A stretch of 64,000 bases of DNA, from contig JBBFKW010000011.1 of the NCBI GenBank assembly GCA_037481835.1, positions 95,163 through 159,162 on the forward strand, written 5' to 3'. The notes under the pieces are model-generated. The model was not told the origin of the DNA and searched no databases. It worked only from the letters and a program-made list of their open reading frames with translations. Positions 37,633 to 46,508 of the stretch are shown here, one piece after another (the first letter of the stretch is position 1; each line of letters opens with the position of its first letter). The DNA comes from Desulfosoma sp. (GTDB taxonomy: Bacteria; Desulfobacterota; Syntrophobacteria; Syntrophobacterales; DSM-9756). Both the position numbers and the translations under genes were made by a program.

Positions 37633-38829
37633 TCATCTTTGGGCGGAAACGGGACCGGGAGCGCCGCGCTGCACGGCGTCGCGCAGGGCCCGGTAAGGGT
37701 CGCCGGCCGGGTCGGGCCGCTTGGGAACGACTTTCAGATAACGTTCCACCCGCTCTTCCAAAACCACGTCGGGGTTGTACGTGCGGACAAAGCGCTCCAG
37801 TGTCTCCACTTCCGGCGGTTCCGACGTGCAGACCGTTTGCGCGAAATATTGGGTGATGTAGGGACGCAACCGAGTGAAAAAGGAGTCCCGGAAAACGAGC
37901 GCCGATTTGCCCTCGCTCCGACACGCCGTGACGATCAAGGCCGGCTCTTCCGAATCCATGGGATCGTTTTCCCTATAATCGGGGCAGCGGAAAAGCCCCG
38001 GACGGAGCATGGGGACCTCCGTTTCTTTGAGAAAATCCTGCAGGCTGAGCATCCGCGCCAAGTCTCCCCCTCTCGCTTGCCGCCACACGAAATCTTCCGG
38101 GCCGTAACCCCGGGCAAAGAGGCCCGGAACTTCAGCCGAAAGGTGCGCCAGGACCGTGTTGTGGGCCACGGCCGCCCCCAGATCGTTCCAGTGGGAGTCG
38201 GTCTTGTGGTAAAGCCGGCCGAAGGTCTTGGCCCTGCGAAGGGGTTCCCTCAGGTCGATCACCGGCACCGGCGAACCGTCCATGGCTTCCATGAACTGCT
38301 CGAGACGGGAGCGGCTCCCCAGGACGCGCACCCGAGACGGGTAGTATTCCGGGTAAACGGTGTGCTTGTCCGGTGCGATGATAAAAAGGTACGGGATGCC
38401 CTTTTCTTTGAGCCAAAAGTACTTCGCTTCGAGAGCGACGCGCCATCGGTCGAGTTCCTCCGGCGTCAAGGGATCCGTCCGCCGGTAGTCTTCCAGGCTG
38501 TTGCCGTCCTTCGGGTCGGTGTAATAGAGCCAGCCGTCTTTTCCCACGAGCACGCGCGGGCTGCCGGAGCTTCCCACGGCCAGGGTCATGAGATGATAGG
38601 CCTGCACGAGACGATGCCGCAAGCCGAAGTGGTCGTCGAACCATTTTTCGAAGGCCTTGGGGAAAGCGACGAGCTCTTCCATGGTCCTGGGCCGTTGGGG
38701 AAAAGGGGCAAAAGTGCGCCTTTCCGCAAGGGATGCGGGCTCTGTGCGGGTCCACACCAAGGGAAGCCAAAGGGCCAAGACAAATGTCGCCGTAAGGATC
38801 CAGTCCATGGGCCGATGAGACGTCTCCAT
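37633..38829 (-). CDS. algJ: AlgJ/AlgX-family SGNH-like O-acetyltransferase
   Basis: DHFGLR, GKDGWLYY, IAPDKH.VYPE, KTDSHWN, FRDSF; ATG 38829 with GGAGG. Confidence 0.88.
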   Translation of the reverse strand: METSHRPMDWILTATFVLALWLPLVWTRTEPASLAERRTFAPFPQRPRTMEELVAFPKAFEKWFDDHFGLRHRLVQAYHLMTLAVGSSGSPRVLVGKDGWLYYTDPKDGNSLEDYRRTDPLTPEELDRWRVALEAKYFWLKEKGIPYLFIIAPDKHTVYPEYYPSRVRVLGSRSRLEQFMEAMDGSPVPVIDLREPLRRAKTFGRLYHKTDSHWNDLGAAVAHNTVLAHLSAEVPGLFARGYGPEDFVWRQARGGDLARMLSLQDFLKETEVPMLRPGLFRCPDYRENDPMDSEEPALIVTACRSEGKSALVFRDSFFTRLRPYITQYFAQTVCTSEPPEVETLERFVRTYNPDVVLEERVERYLKVVPKRPDPAGDPYRALRDAVQRGAPGPVSAQR

Positions 38830-38845
38830 AGGGTTCCTCCGGCTT

Positions 38846-40303
38846 TCAGAACCGGAAATAGATGAACGGATTGTAGGTCCCCGCCGCAAGATGAGCCGCG
38901 GAGGCCAAAAGCAAGAAGGCCAAGAGGGCATAGTGACCCAGGGAAAAGGCCGCCCGGGTAAGATCCGATGCGGCGCGGAGGATTCGGGCCCTGAGCTTTT
39001 CGCTCCAGGCCGGGGCGAGAGGCGCGGCGAAAAGGCAGCCTATCCCGAGGGTCCAAAGCGTTTTCGGGTCGCAGTAGAGCAGCACATCCTGGGTCGCCGG
39101 GCCGGCATGCCCGAACCCGAACAGCCTCTCCAGGTACCCCAAGGCGTACGACACGCTTTCCGCCCTGAAAAACACCCAGCCCAGCACTACGAGCGTTAGG
39201 GTGTACATGTGCTGGAGCGGTCGCCAGAGTCGGGGGACAAGGGATTGCCAGAGGGACGTTCGTTCGAGGACGAGGTAAAAGCCGTGGAGCGTTCCCCAGG
39301 CGAGAAAGGTCCAGCCGGCGCCGTGCCACAATCCGCACAGGAAAAAGACGAGCCACAGGTTCAGAGCGGTCCGAGCCGGCGAGATGCGGTTGCCTCCCAG
39401 GGGAATGTAGAGGTAGTCCCGAAACCACGAAGACAGGGTCATGTGCCATCGGCGCCAGAATTCCCTCAGGGATCGGCTTGCATAGGGATAATGGAAATTC
39501 TCCGGAAATTCAAACCCGAACATGCGCCCGAGTCCGATGGCCATATCGGAATACCCCGAAAAGTCGTAATAGATCTGTAGCGAGTAACAGACAAGGCCAA
39601 GCCAGGCCATGCCGGGTGTCAACTGAACGGCGGGAAAGGCGAACATCGTGTCCGCTACTTGCCCAAGGGGATTGGCCACAAGGACCTTCTTGGACAGGCC
39701 GAAGATGAACCGCTTCACCCCTGAAGAAAATCCCGGCAGGGAGACCGTCCGGGAGGCGATCTGGGCGGCGATCTGCCGATACCGCACGATGGGGCCGGCG
39801 ATGAGCTGGGGGAACAGGGCGATGTAGAGGCCGCAGTGGAGGGGATTGCGTTGCAGGGGGGCGTGCTTACAGGAGATATCGATGACGTAGGACATGGCCT
39901 GGAAGGTAAAAAAGGAAATGCCGATGGGCAAAGGGACGGGTTCGTGCTCAATGGGCGAAAGACCGCACGAGGTCAAAACCGTGTTGATGTTGGCGATCAA
40001 GAAATTGGCGTACTTGTAATACACGAGGATCAAGAGGTTGACGATGACGACCAAAGCCAGGGCGCGCTTTTCCGTGATGCCGAAGACGGGACGCTCTGCG
40101 CTCCGGTGGAGGAGGATGGCGCCGCCGTAGTTGAGCAGCACGGAGAAGAGAATGACGGCGATGTAACGGGGTTCTCCCCAGGCGTAAAAGACGAGGCTGA
40201 CGAGCAGGAGAAAGACGTTTCGGTACTTTTGCGCAAGGAGGAAATGTCCCGCCAAGGTGAAGGGGAGAAACAGGAAAAGGAAGATGGGAGAGGCGAAAAC
40301 CAC
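38846..40303 (-). CDS. algI: MBOAT O-acyltransferase, AlgI-like
   Basis: LPIGISFFTFQ, FPQLIAGPIVRY, DFSGYSDMAIG, FWRRWHMTLS, GLWHGA, YNPFIYFRF. Confidence 0.93.
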   Translation of the reverse strand: MVFASPIFLFLFLPFTLAGHFLLAQKYRNVFLLLVSLVFYAWGEPRYIAVILFSVLLNYGGAILLHRSAERPVFGITEKRALALVVIVNLLILVYYKYANFLIANINTVLTSCGLSPIEHEPVPLPIGISFFTFQAMSYVIDISCKHAPLQRNPLHCGLYIALFPQLIAGPIVRYRQIAAQIASRTVSLPGFSSGVKRFIFGLSKKVLVANPLGQVADTMFAFPAVQLTPGMAWLGLVCYSLQIYYDFSGYSDMAIGLGRMFGFEFPENFHYPYASRSLREFWRRWHMTLSSWFRDYLYIPLGGNRISPARTALNLWLVFFLCGLWHGAGWTFLAWGTLHGFYLVLERTSLWQSLVPRLWRPLQHMYTLTLVVLGWVFFRAESVSYALGYLERLFGFGHAGPATQDVLLYCDPKTLWTLGIGCLFAAPLAPAWSEKLRARILRAASDLTRAAFSLGHYALLAFLLLASAAHLAAGTYNPFIYFRF

Positions 40304-40352
40304 GCGGCTTGTCCTTGCCCTGCCGAACCTTTGTCATCCGTCACGTTCCGGC

Positions 40353-41546
40353 TCAGGCCGAGCGCCCTTTCTTTCGGGCTCTGAATCGGAACCGTTCCGT
40401 AAGCAGGGATTGTTCGTCGCCGAACCCCGCGGCGACGATGGTTTGGATGAACCGGCTTCCTGCGGGTGTCGGCGGGGACTGGTCCCGTTCCATGGAATCC
40501 ACCGCCCACCCGGCCTGGTCCAAAAGCAGCGTCAGATCCTTTTCCGTGAAAAAGCGCAGATGGGTCGAGCACAAAAACCCCGCGGGAACCATTTCGAAGC
40601 GACCCAGGGCCAGGTCCATGACCACGGACCAGTGGCCCGTGTTGGGCACGCTGGCGATGAGCACCCCGTCGGCGGTGAGCGCATCGCAGAGGCGTCGGAG
40701 CACCCCCGACGGGTCCCGCAGGTGTTCGATGACGTCCCCGCAGACGACGGCGTCGAAGCGCCGGTCGAACCGGGCCTCTTCCACCGGGAGCGTGATCACG
40801 GCATCGTAAAAGCTGGCCGCCGCCCGGGCCATGTGGGGATTGCGTTCGATCCCCGTGACGTGACAGGGCCTGAGGCTCTTGAGCCATCGGCCGAGGGCGC
40901 CGTAGGCGCAGCCCACGTCCAGAATACATCGGGCGGTTTCGGGAATGAGCCGGACGAGGTCCTCCCGAGGCGACTCATGGACGAACGCAAACCGATGGAC
41001 GAAGCAGGCGTCCACCATGCCGATTCGTCCCTCATGGGCCCAGTGGGGCCAAAGCGCGTCGAGAGGGGTTTCGTCGGGAAGGTCGTCGAGCGCCTCCCGC
41101 CGGAGGAAGAGGCACGGCCATTCCGCCTCGGCAGGGACCCTGCGCGGCTCCGGGGAGCGCGAGGCCCTGAGGATGTCCGCCGTTTCCAGGAACGTGCGTA
41201 CCGTGTGGTAGGGGTAGGCAAGCGGGGCCTGCTGAGCGGCATGCCGGGCGGGGCTGAGCGCCGGCATGAGGGCTGCCCATGGGCCGCGGGAGAGCCGTTC
41301 GGGGATGATTGCAAAAATGTGGGGCGTGACGAGCACCTCGTCTTCGTTGACAACAAAAACCGTATCCGCTCGGGCGAAGGAGCGCAGGGAGCCGACCGTG
41401 TCCAAGCTCAGGGGCGATCGGCACAGGATCCGCGAGGTGCTGGAAAAGGCTTCCAGGTACCGGAGGCAGAACCGTCGGCTGAAAAGAACCTCTTCGATGG
41501 GATGGGGCTCCCCGAAGCGCAACACGATATCCAGGGTATGCCTCAT
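40353..41546 (-). CDS. Class I SAM methyltransferase with degenerate GT2-like N-terminus
   Basis: ILDVGCAYG, FDAVVCGDVIEHLRDP, ASVPN..HWS, THLRFFT; ATGA overlap with wzt. Confidence 0.82.
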   Translation of the reverse strand: MRHTLDIVLRFGEPHPIEEVLFSRRFCLRYLEAFSSTSRILCRSPLSLDTVGSLRSFARADTVFVVNEDEVLVTPHIFAIIPERLSRGPWAALMPALSPARHAAQQAPLAYPYHTVRTFLETADILRASRSPEPRRVPAEAEWPCLFLRREALDDLPDETPLDALWPHWAHEGRIGMVDACFVHRFAFVHESPREDLVRLIPETARCILDVGCAYGALGRWLKSLRPCHVTGIERNPHMARAAASFYDAVITLPVEEARFDRRFDAVVCGDVIEHLRDPSGVLRRLCDALTADGVLIASVPNTGHWSVVMDLALGRFEMVPAGFLCSTHLRFFTEKDLTLLLDQAGWAVDSMERDQSPPTPAGSRFIQTIVAAGFGDEQSLLTERFRFRARKKGRSA

Positions 41547-42817
41547 GAAGCCCCCCCGTCTTCCCGGGACCTTTGTCCAGGTTCGGTATGGACCGGTTCC
41601 CAGCGGTATTCCATTTCGATGAGTCCGACTTCCGTGCGCTGCCGCCCGTCGGCTTCGATCCGAAACGGGGCCGATTCCTTCTGGTGGTAGATCTGGACCC
41701 CGGAGGCGTCGATGAGGTAGCCCATGGCGTAGAATTCCCCGTGCAGGAGCGGCACCTTGGGGTAAAGGACGCGAACGGCCGCAGTGCACGGCCCCTGAAA
41801 AAACTTTTGGGATACCCGGGATAGATTCACCGCATGGCACACGAGCCCGTCGTTTCTCTGGATGCCCACTCCCAGGGCGAAAGGTACGGGTTCGGTCACC
41901 TCGCATTCCACGAAGATTTCCACATCATCTCCCGTATGGAGGCACAAGGGCTCCGTCGACCCGTTGACCCTGACGGATGTGAGGCGAAGCGGCGAGAGGT
42001 CTTCAGCCGGGGGCGCCTGCGGCTCTTGTTCCGCAGAAGGCCGAGATTTTTCCCGCATGTGGTTTTCATAGGCGGCGGTGACTACCGTGGCGGGACCGTC
42101 CATGTGCACGGAGCCGTTTCGGAGCCACAGGGCTCTTTGGCAGAGCACATTCACGGTATACAGGGAATGGCTGCAAAAGAGGATGGTCTTGCCCTGCTTT
42201 TGAAACTCCAGGATGCGGTCGATGCATTTCTTTTGGAAGTACTGGTCCCCTACGCTCAGGGCTTCGTCGATGACCAGGATGTCCGGATCCACGCTCGTGG
42301 CGATGGAAAAGGCCAAACGGACCACCATGCCCGAGGAATAGGTCTTGATGGGCTGGTCGATGAAAGGGCCCAATTCCGCAAAGTCGATGACGCTCTGTTC
42401 GCAGGCTCGGATGTCGGCATCGCTCAGTCCCAGCAAAGAGGCGTTCAAATAGATGTTCCGACGGCCGGTGAATTCGGGATGGAACCCGGCTCCCAGTTCC
42501 AGCAACGCGGCGACCCTCCCACCCACCTGGACTTCCCCGGAGGTCGGCGAGAGCGTTCCGGCCACGATCTTGAGCAGCGTGCTCTTCCCCGCGCCGTTGT
42601 CCCCGACAATCCCGACGCATTCCCCGGGCCGCACGTCCAGGCTCACGTCCCTCAGGCTGTGAAAGGGTTGGTGGTACGGCCGTCGAAGCAGGGCTTCCTT
42701 GAGCCGATCCGTGGGTGTGCCGTAGAGCCGGTAGGTTTTGGTCACCTTCCGGATCCGAACGGCGCCTATGGGGCATGGGGCGTCGTCGAAGAGATTCCCG
42801 CGTTTCGGCTCGGTCAC
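41543..42817 (-). CDS. wzt: Polysaccharide ABC exporter ATPase with C-terminal Wzt_C domain
   Basis: GDNGAGKST, LLELGAGFHPEFTGR, YSSGMVVRLAF, DEALSVGD, about 170-aa C-terminal extension. Confidence 0.92.
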   Translation of the reverse strand: MTEPKRGNLFDDAPCPIGAVRIRKVTKTYRLYGTPTDRLKEALLRRPYHQPFHSLRDVSLDVRPGECVGIVGDNGAGKSTLLKIVAGTLSPTSGEVQVGGRVAALLELGAGFHPEFTGRRNIYLNASLLGLSDADIRACEQSVIDFAELGPFIDQPIKTYSSGMVVRLAFSIATSVDPDILVIDEALSVGDQYFQKKCIDRILEFQKQGKTILFCSHSLYTVNVLCQRALWLRNGSVHMDGPATVVTAAYENHMREKSRPSAEQEPQAPPAEDLSPLRLTSVRVNGSTEPLCLHTGDDVEIFVECEVTEPVPFALGVGIQRNDGLVCHAVNLSRVSQKFFQGPCTAAVRVLYPKVPLLHGEFYAMGYLIDASGVQIYHQKESAPFRIEADGRQRTEVGLIEMEYRWEPVHTEPGQRSREDGGAS

Positions 42818-42821
42818 GGTC

Positions 42822-43625
42822 TTAAAGGACGTCGGCGAAGGCACGTTTGGACCTCGTAAAAAACCACACGCCCACACTATACAGCACGAGGGCGCTCAAG
42901 GCGAGCCCGGAAAAGATCTCCCAGCGGAAGGTGTGGGAAAGAAGGGCGTCTCGGAAACATCCCACGCTGTAGGTCATGGGGTTCACCCACATCCACGGCC
43001 GGATGGATTCGGGGACGAAAGACAAGGGGTAGAGGACGGGCGTGGCGTAGAACCAGACCATGAGAAGGACGCCTAGGGAGTGCTGCACATCCCGCACGAA
43101 GACGACGAGAGCGGCGACGAGAAGGCCCATGCCGCAGCACAGGAGGAACTGCAAGGCGAGAAACAACGGAAGGAACAGCCAGTAGACGGACCCATAGCCC
43201 TTCCAGAGAAGGAAAACAAGGTAGAGAAGAAAGCCGACCCCATGGGTCACGAAGGCGCTCAGAGCCGAAGACAACGGCAGGAGTTCTACGGGGAAGATGA
43301 CCTTGGTGACCAGACCCGCGTTGCCCACCACGCTGGATGCGGACCGGGCCGTGGTATCGGAAAAGATCAGCCACGGGAAATAGCCGGCGAGAAAATAGAC
43401 GGTGAAACTGTCCGTTCCCGACGAGGCGGGGTCGAGCCGCACCCGGAACACGGCGGCGAAGATGAAGGCGTAGACGAGAATGCTCGCCACTGGTTCCAGC
43501 ACGATCCAGAACAGCCCCGCGAAGGATCCCGCATACCGGCCGAGGATTTCCTTGGAGACGAAACTCCTGAGGATCGTTCGATGCCGCAGGGCGTACAGAA
43601 ACGGCCGGATCATAGTGGAGGCCAT
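42822..43625 (-). CDS. wzm: Polysaccharide ABC exporter permease
   Basis: RYAGSFAGLFW..P, LVTKVIFP, FVRD, FYATPVLYP, NPM, FADVL; ATG 43625 with AAGGAG. Confidence 0.92.
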   Translation of the reverse strand: MASTMIRPFLYALRHRTILRSFVSKEILGRYAGSFAGLFWIVLEPVASILVYAFIFAAVFRVRLDPASSGTDSFTVYFLAGYFPWLIFSDTTARSASSVVGNAGLVTKVIFPVELLPLSSALSAFVTHGVGFLLYLVFLLWKGYGSVYWLFLPLFLALQFLLCCGMGLLVAALVVFVRDVQHSLGVLLMVWFYATPVLYPLSFVPESIRPWMWVNPMTYSVGCFRDALLSHTFRWEIFSGLALSALVLYSVGVWFFTRSKRAFADVL

Positions 43626-43720
43626 CGGACTCCTTCGTGTTGAAACCCTCATGGAAATGCCGCCGAAAGGCGGTGTGGAAAAACTCAAGCGTTGAGAACC
43701 GGAGGGGACGCCGCGGCAAT

Positions 43721-43760
43721 AACAAAAGAAGAGGGCAGGGTCGCCCCCTGCCCCCTTTTT
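43721..43760 (-). terminator. Intrinsic terminator after the S-layer-like gene
   Basis: Minus strand AGGGGGCAGGG..CCCTGCCCTCT followed by TCTTTTGTT. Confidence 0.8.
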
Positions 43761-43786
43761 CCGCCATTCCCATCAACTACTACAAA

Positions 43787-45169
43787 TTAAAAATCACGCG
43801 CATCAGGAATGTTGGAGTAGTGGTAGTTCACCATGTCGTTAATGTCTGTAGCGGGGTAAACAGTTTCGTCGTCCACGGTCACCGCAACGGCTCCGTCGGT
43901 CCAGGCGCCGTAGCGCAGCGACGTGAACACACCACCCAGGGTGATGTCGAACAGAGTCGGGATCACAGGGGCGCCGTAGTAGGTCAGCTGAGAACGATCA
44001 CCCCAGATGCTGTTGTTGTCGACAACCGTTACATCCGGATCCGTAGCCTTGAAGGTGTAGCGAGCCCACCCTTCGGCGAAGGGGAAGTCAAAGGTCAGGA
44101 TCGGCTGCACTTCGTAGCAGAACTTATCCGGAGCCGGAGACGGCGAAAAGACGCGCGTGGTCGAATTTTCGCTCAAATCGTAGATCTTGCGATCCACCCT
44201 GATGCAGGCAAGGGGATTGGTTTTGGCAACTTTTCGGAAATACGGGCTGGGCAAGCCGTCGAACAAGCTTTTGGTCGGGAAGCTGAACATGTGAACGGTG
44301 ACCTCGGCAAGGTCGAACGGGAAGTTCACGTAGGGCATGGCCACGTTGTTCTTGGCCAGGGCGGCCTCGATATCGGCCAAGGTGTTCGCCGAATCGCCCT
44401 CATCCAAAGGCGTGGACTCACCGCTGGGAATGTAAACGAGGTTCTGGTAGTCGGCCAAAGTCGTGGCATTTAGGCCTGCGATGTTGTAGAGGAAGGCGTA
44501 GGTCAGCTCCATCCAGCCGGCGAGAATGTTCAGCGGCTGCGCCTTGTCGATAAAGGCATTATCACCGCTGTAAGCCGTCAGATCATTGGGGTTGGCATCA
44601 TTAAAAGCTTCATACCATGCTTTGATGTCCTTCTTGGCGACACCGGGGGCTCTCCCAAGTTTCTGCGTGTCCGGATCGGTACCCGCACCATCGACGTCCA
44701 CATCCGTTGCCGCGTTGATGACGTAGATATAGCCGAGCCAGTTGCCGTCAGGGGCATCGGGGACGACAAGGGGCTGCATGACGATGTTGTCCAGGGAGGC
44801 CCACTGGCCGTCGGCCGTCAGCATGCTGTCGTCGTAGCTGATGAGATAAACCTTGCCGTCATCCAGAGTGGCAATGTAGCCGGTCCAGACGTCTGCAGGC
44901 GAAAGGTAAATCAGGAAGTCCAGAACTTCCTCGCTGAGGGCCCACGTCTTGATGACCACCTTGGCAACCGTGGAATGGGACTCATCGGTGTTGACGACGG
45001 TCAGCTTGGTCCAGATGCCCGTCTGGTCCGTGTAATAGAAGGGGAAGAACAAGAGGTCGCCCTTGTTGTTGGGGGCGATCTTCACATGGCCGGGATCCGC
45101 GGCCATGACCGGAGCGGCCGCCAGCATGAGGGCGGCGGCGAAAAACAGAGCCTTGGCGAAACGTTTCAT
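43787..45169 (-). CDS. Secreted acidic cell-surface (S-layer-like) protein
   Basis: GAGGAGG RBS, Ala-rich signal peptide, GDLLFFPFYY..TKLTVVNT..KV..SEEVLDFLIYLSPADVWTG (resembles, from memory, proteobacterial 'cell surface protein' N-termini), Asp/Thr/Asn-rich, C-terminal Phe. Confidence 0.7.
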   Translation of the reverse strand: MKRFAKALFFAAALMLAAAPVMAADPGHVKIAPNNKGDLLFFPFYYTDQTGIWTKLTVVNTDESHSTVAKVVIKTWALSEEVLDFLIYLSPADVWTGYIATLDDGKVYLISYDDSMLTADGQWASLDNIVMQPLVVPDAPDGNWLGYIYVINAATDVDVDGAGTDPDTQKLGRAPGVAKKDIKAWYEAFNDANPNDLTAYSGDNAFIDKAQPLNILAGWMELTYAFLYNIAGLNATTLADYQNLVYIPSGESTPLDEGDSANTLADIEAALAKNNVAMPYVNFPFDLAEVTVHMFSFPTKSLFDGLPSPYFRKVAKTNPLACIRVDRKIYDLSENSTTRVFSPSPAPDKFCYEVQPILTFDFPFAEGWARYTFKATDPDVTVVDNNSIWGDRSQLTYYGAPVIPTLFDITLGGVFTSLRYGAWTDGAVAVTVDDETVYPATDINDMVNYHYSNIPDARDF

Positions 45170-45230
45170 GGATTTCCTCCTCGATGGATGTTCGACATGG
45201 AATCAAGCCTACGGGACAAAGCTAGCATCT

Positions 45231-45794
45231 CTAATTGCTCTTTCTCACCTCCCTTCCTTCGGAATGGGTGCCCGGTTCACGCGCCATGCCGGCACCGAAG
45301 CCGAGCTCGGGAAACAAAAGGGATGGCTTCACGGCATGGTGCCATCCGCTGTCCGTCTTCACCCAATGATCGATCTTTGCGGGACTCGGCAGCCCTTGGG
45401 CCGGCGCCGGGGTTTTCAACTTCAGGGGCACCTCGTAAAGGTAGGCCGATCGAGCCCTCGGGACCCCCACCTCCAGGACCTGGAGCTTCTTCGGGTCCGT
45501 CAAAAATTCAAGGGTCTTCAAGTACCTTTCCTTCGGGAGGAGCTGGCGGACGTAGTCGGCTTCCATGTCATAGACGTCCTCAAGCCTCCCGTCCAGGGCC
45601 GCCGCCCAATAGGCCGTGAAAACTTTCTTCAACTCGGGATCGGGCCAGGCCCCCGACGCTTTGGCGTCCTCGGAAAAGACGATCCGCTTTTCCCCTCCGG
45701 AAACCGAGGTCTTGGACGAAGAACCCGTGTCCCCGCATGCCAGGAAAGCACCTAGAGCGTAGAGCAGAAAACATGCCAAAATGGTCTTCTTCAT
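45231..45794 (-). CDS. Lipoprotein, NTF2-like features
   Basis: Lipobox FLAC; LKKVFTAYWAA..Y..E..DHWVKTDSGWHH; ATG 45794. Confidence 0.75.
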   Translation of the reverse strand: MKKTILACFLLYALGAFLACGDTGSSSKTSVSGGEKRIVFSEDAKASGAWPDPELKKVFTAYWAAALDGRLEDVYDMEADYVRQLLPKERYLKTLEFLTDPKKLQVLEVGVPRARSAYLYEVPLKLKTPAPAQGLPSPAKIDHWVKTDSGWHHAVKPSLLFPELGFGAGMAREPGTHSEGREVRKSN

Positions 45795-45808
45795 GGGCTG
45801 GGCATGTC

Positions 45809-46438
45809 CTATTTTATGGCTACCCGGTAGGCGGCCATGAGTTCCTGGAAGACGGAAGCTTCCACGCGCTTTTTCACTTGCTGACGGATGAAGTCTTCGA
45901 TGTGAGAGGCCACTTCGCTCAGAGGAAGAACGTCTTCCTCGGTGATGAACGGCATGGGGTTCGTGCGCCATTTTTCCGCCCCCGGGTCCTTGAGGAATCG
46001 CTCGGGGAAGGCCCTGTAATAGGACTGGATCGCTTCCGGCTCCAGCTTCATGATTTTCAGGCGGTATTGAACGTACGCGTTGGCCAGGGCGAGCCGCTTT
46101 TGGACGGGATCGTCCGGAACCATCCCCTCGGGAAGCTCAAGCCTTAGTTTTTCCGCCTCCCGGGCGAAGAGAAAGGTTTGCACCGTGTAGCGCCGGTACT
46201 CCTTCTCGGACGTTTGAAACATGGTGTGCGTGCTGAAAAAATCGATCATGTCCCGGACGTCCTTTTCGGTCACGCGAAAGCCGTCTTCCCCTTCGGCGAC
46301 GACGCCCGCTTCGGGGGCACCCTGAGGGGGCGTTGGAGGGGAAGCGGCCCCTTGTTCGGACGCCCACGCCGAAAAGGCGCCGCATGCCCACAGGAGCAGC
46401 ATGAGCACGGTCCATCTTGCCAAAAAGTCACTGCGCAT
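45809..46438 (-). CDS. Periplasmic SurA/PrsA-like chaperone lacking a parvulin domain (putative)
   Basis: Signal peptide; VTEKDV, FAREAEKLRL, EAIQSYY..PERF, PLSEV..I. Confidence 0.55.
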   Translation of the reverse strand: MRSDFLARWTVLMLLLWACGAFSAWASEQGAASPPTPPQGAPEAGVVAEGEDGFRVTEKDVRDMIDFFSTHTMFQTSEKEYRRYTVQTFLFAREAEKLRLELPEGMVPDDPVQKRLALANAYVQYRLKIMKLEPEAIQSYYRAFPERFLKDPGAEKWRTNPMPFITEEDVLPLSEVASHIEDFIRQQVKKRVEASVFQELMAAYRVAIK

Positions 46439-46508
46439 CGATCGAACATCCTTCCGAAACTCGGGATCCGCCCGTTATGGAAACCCGTGGGATTCCTTCC
46501 AAGGGCGC

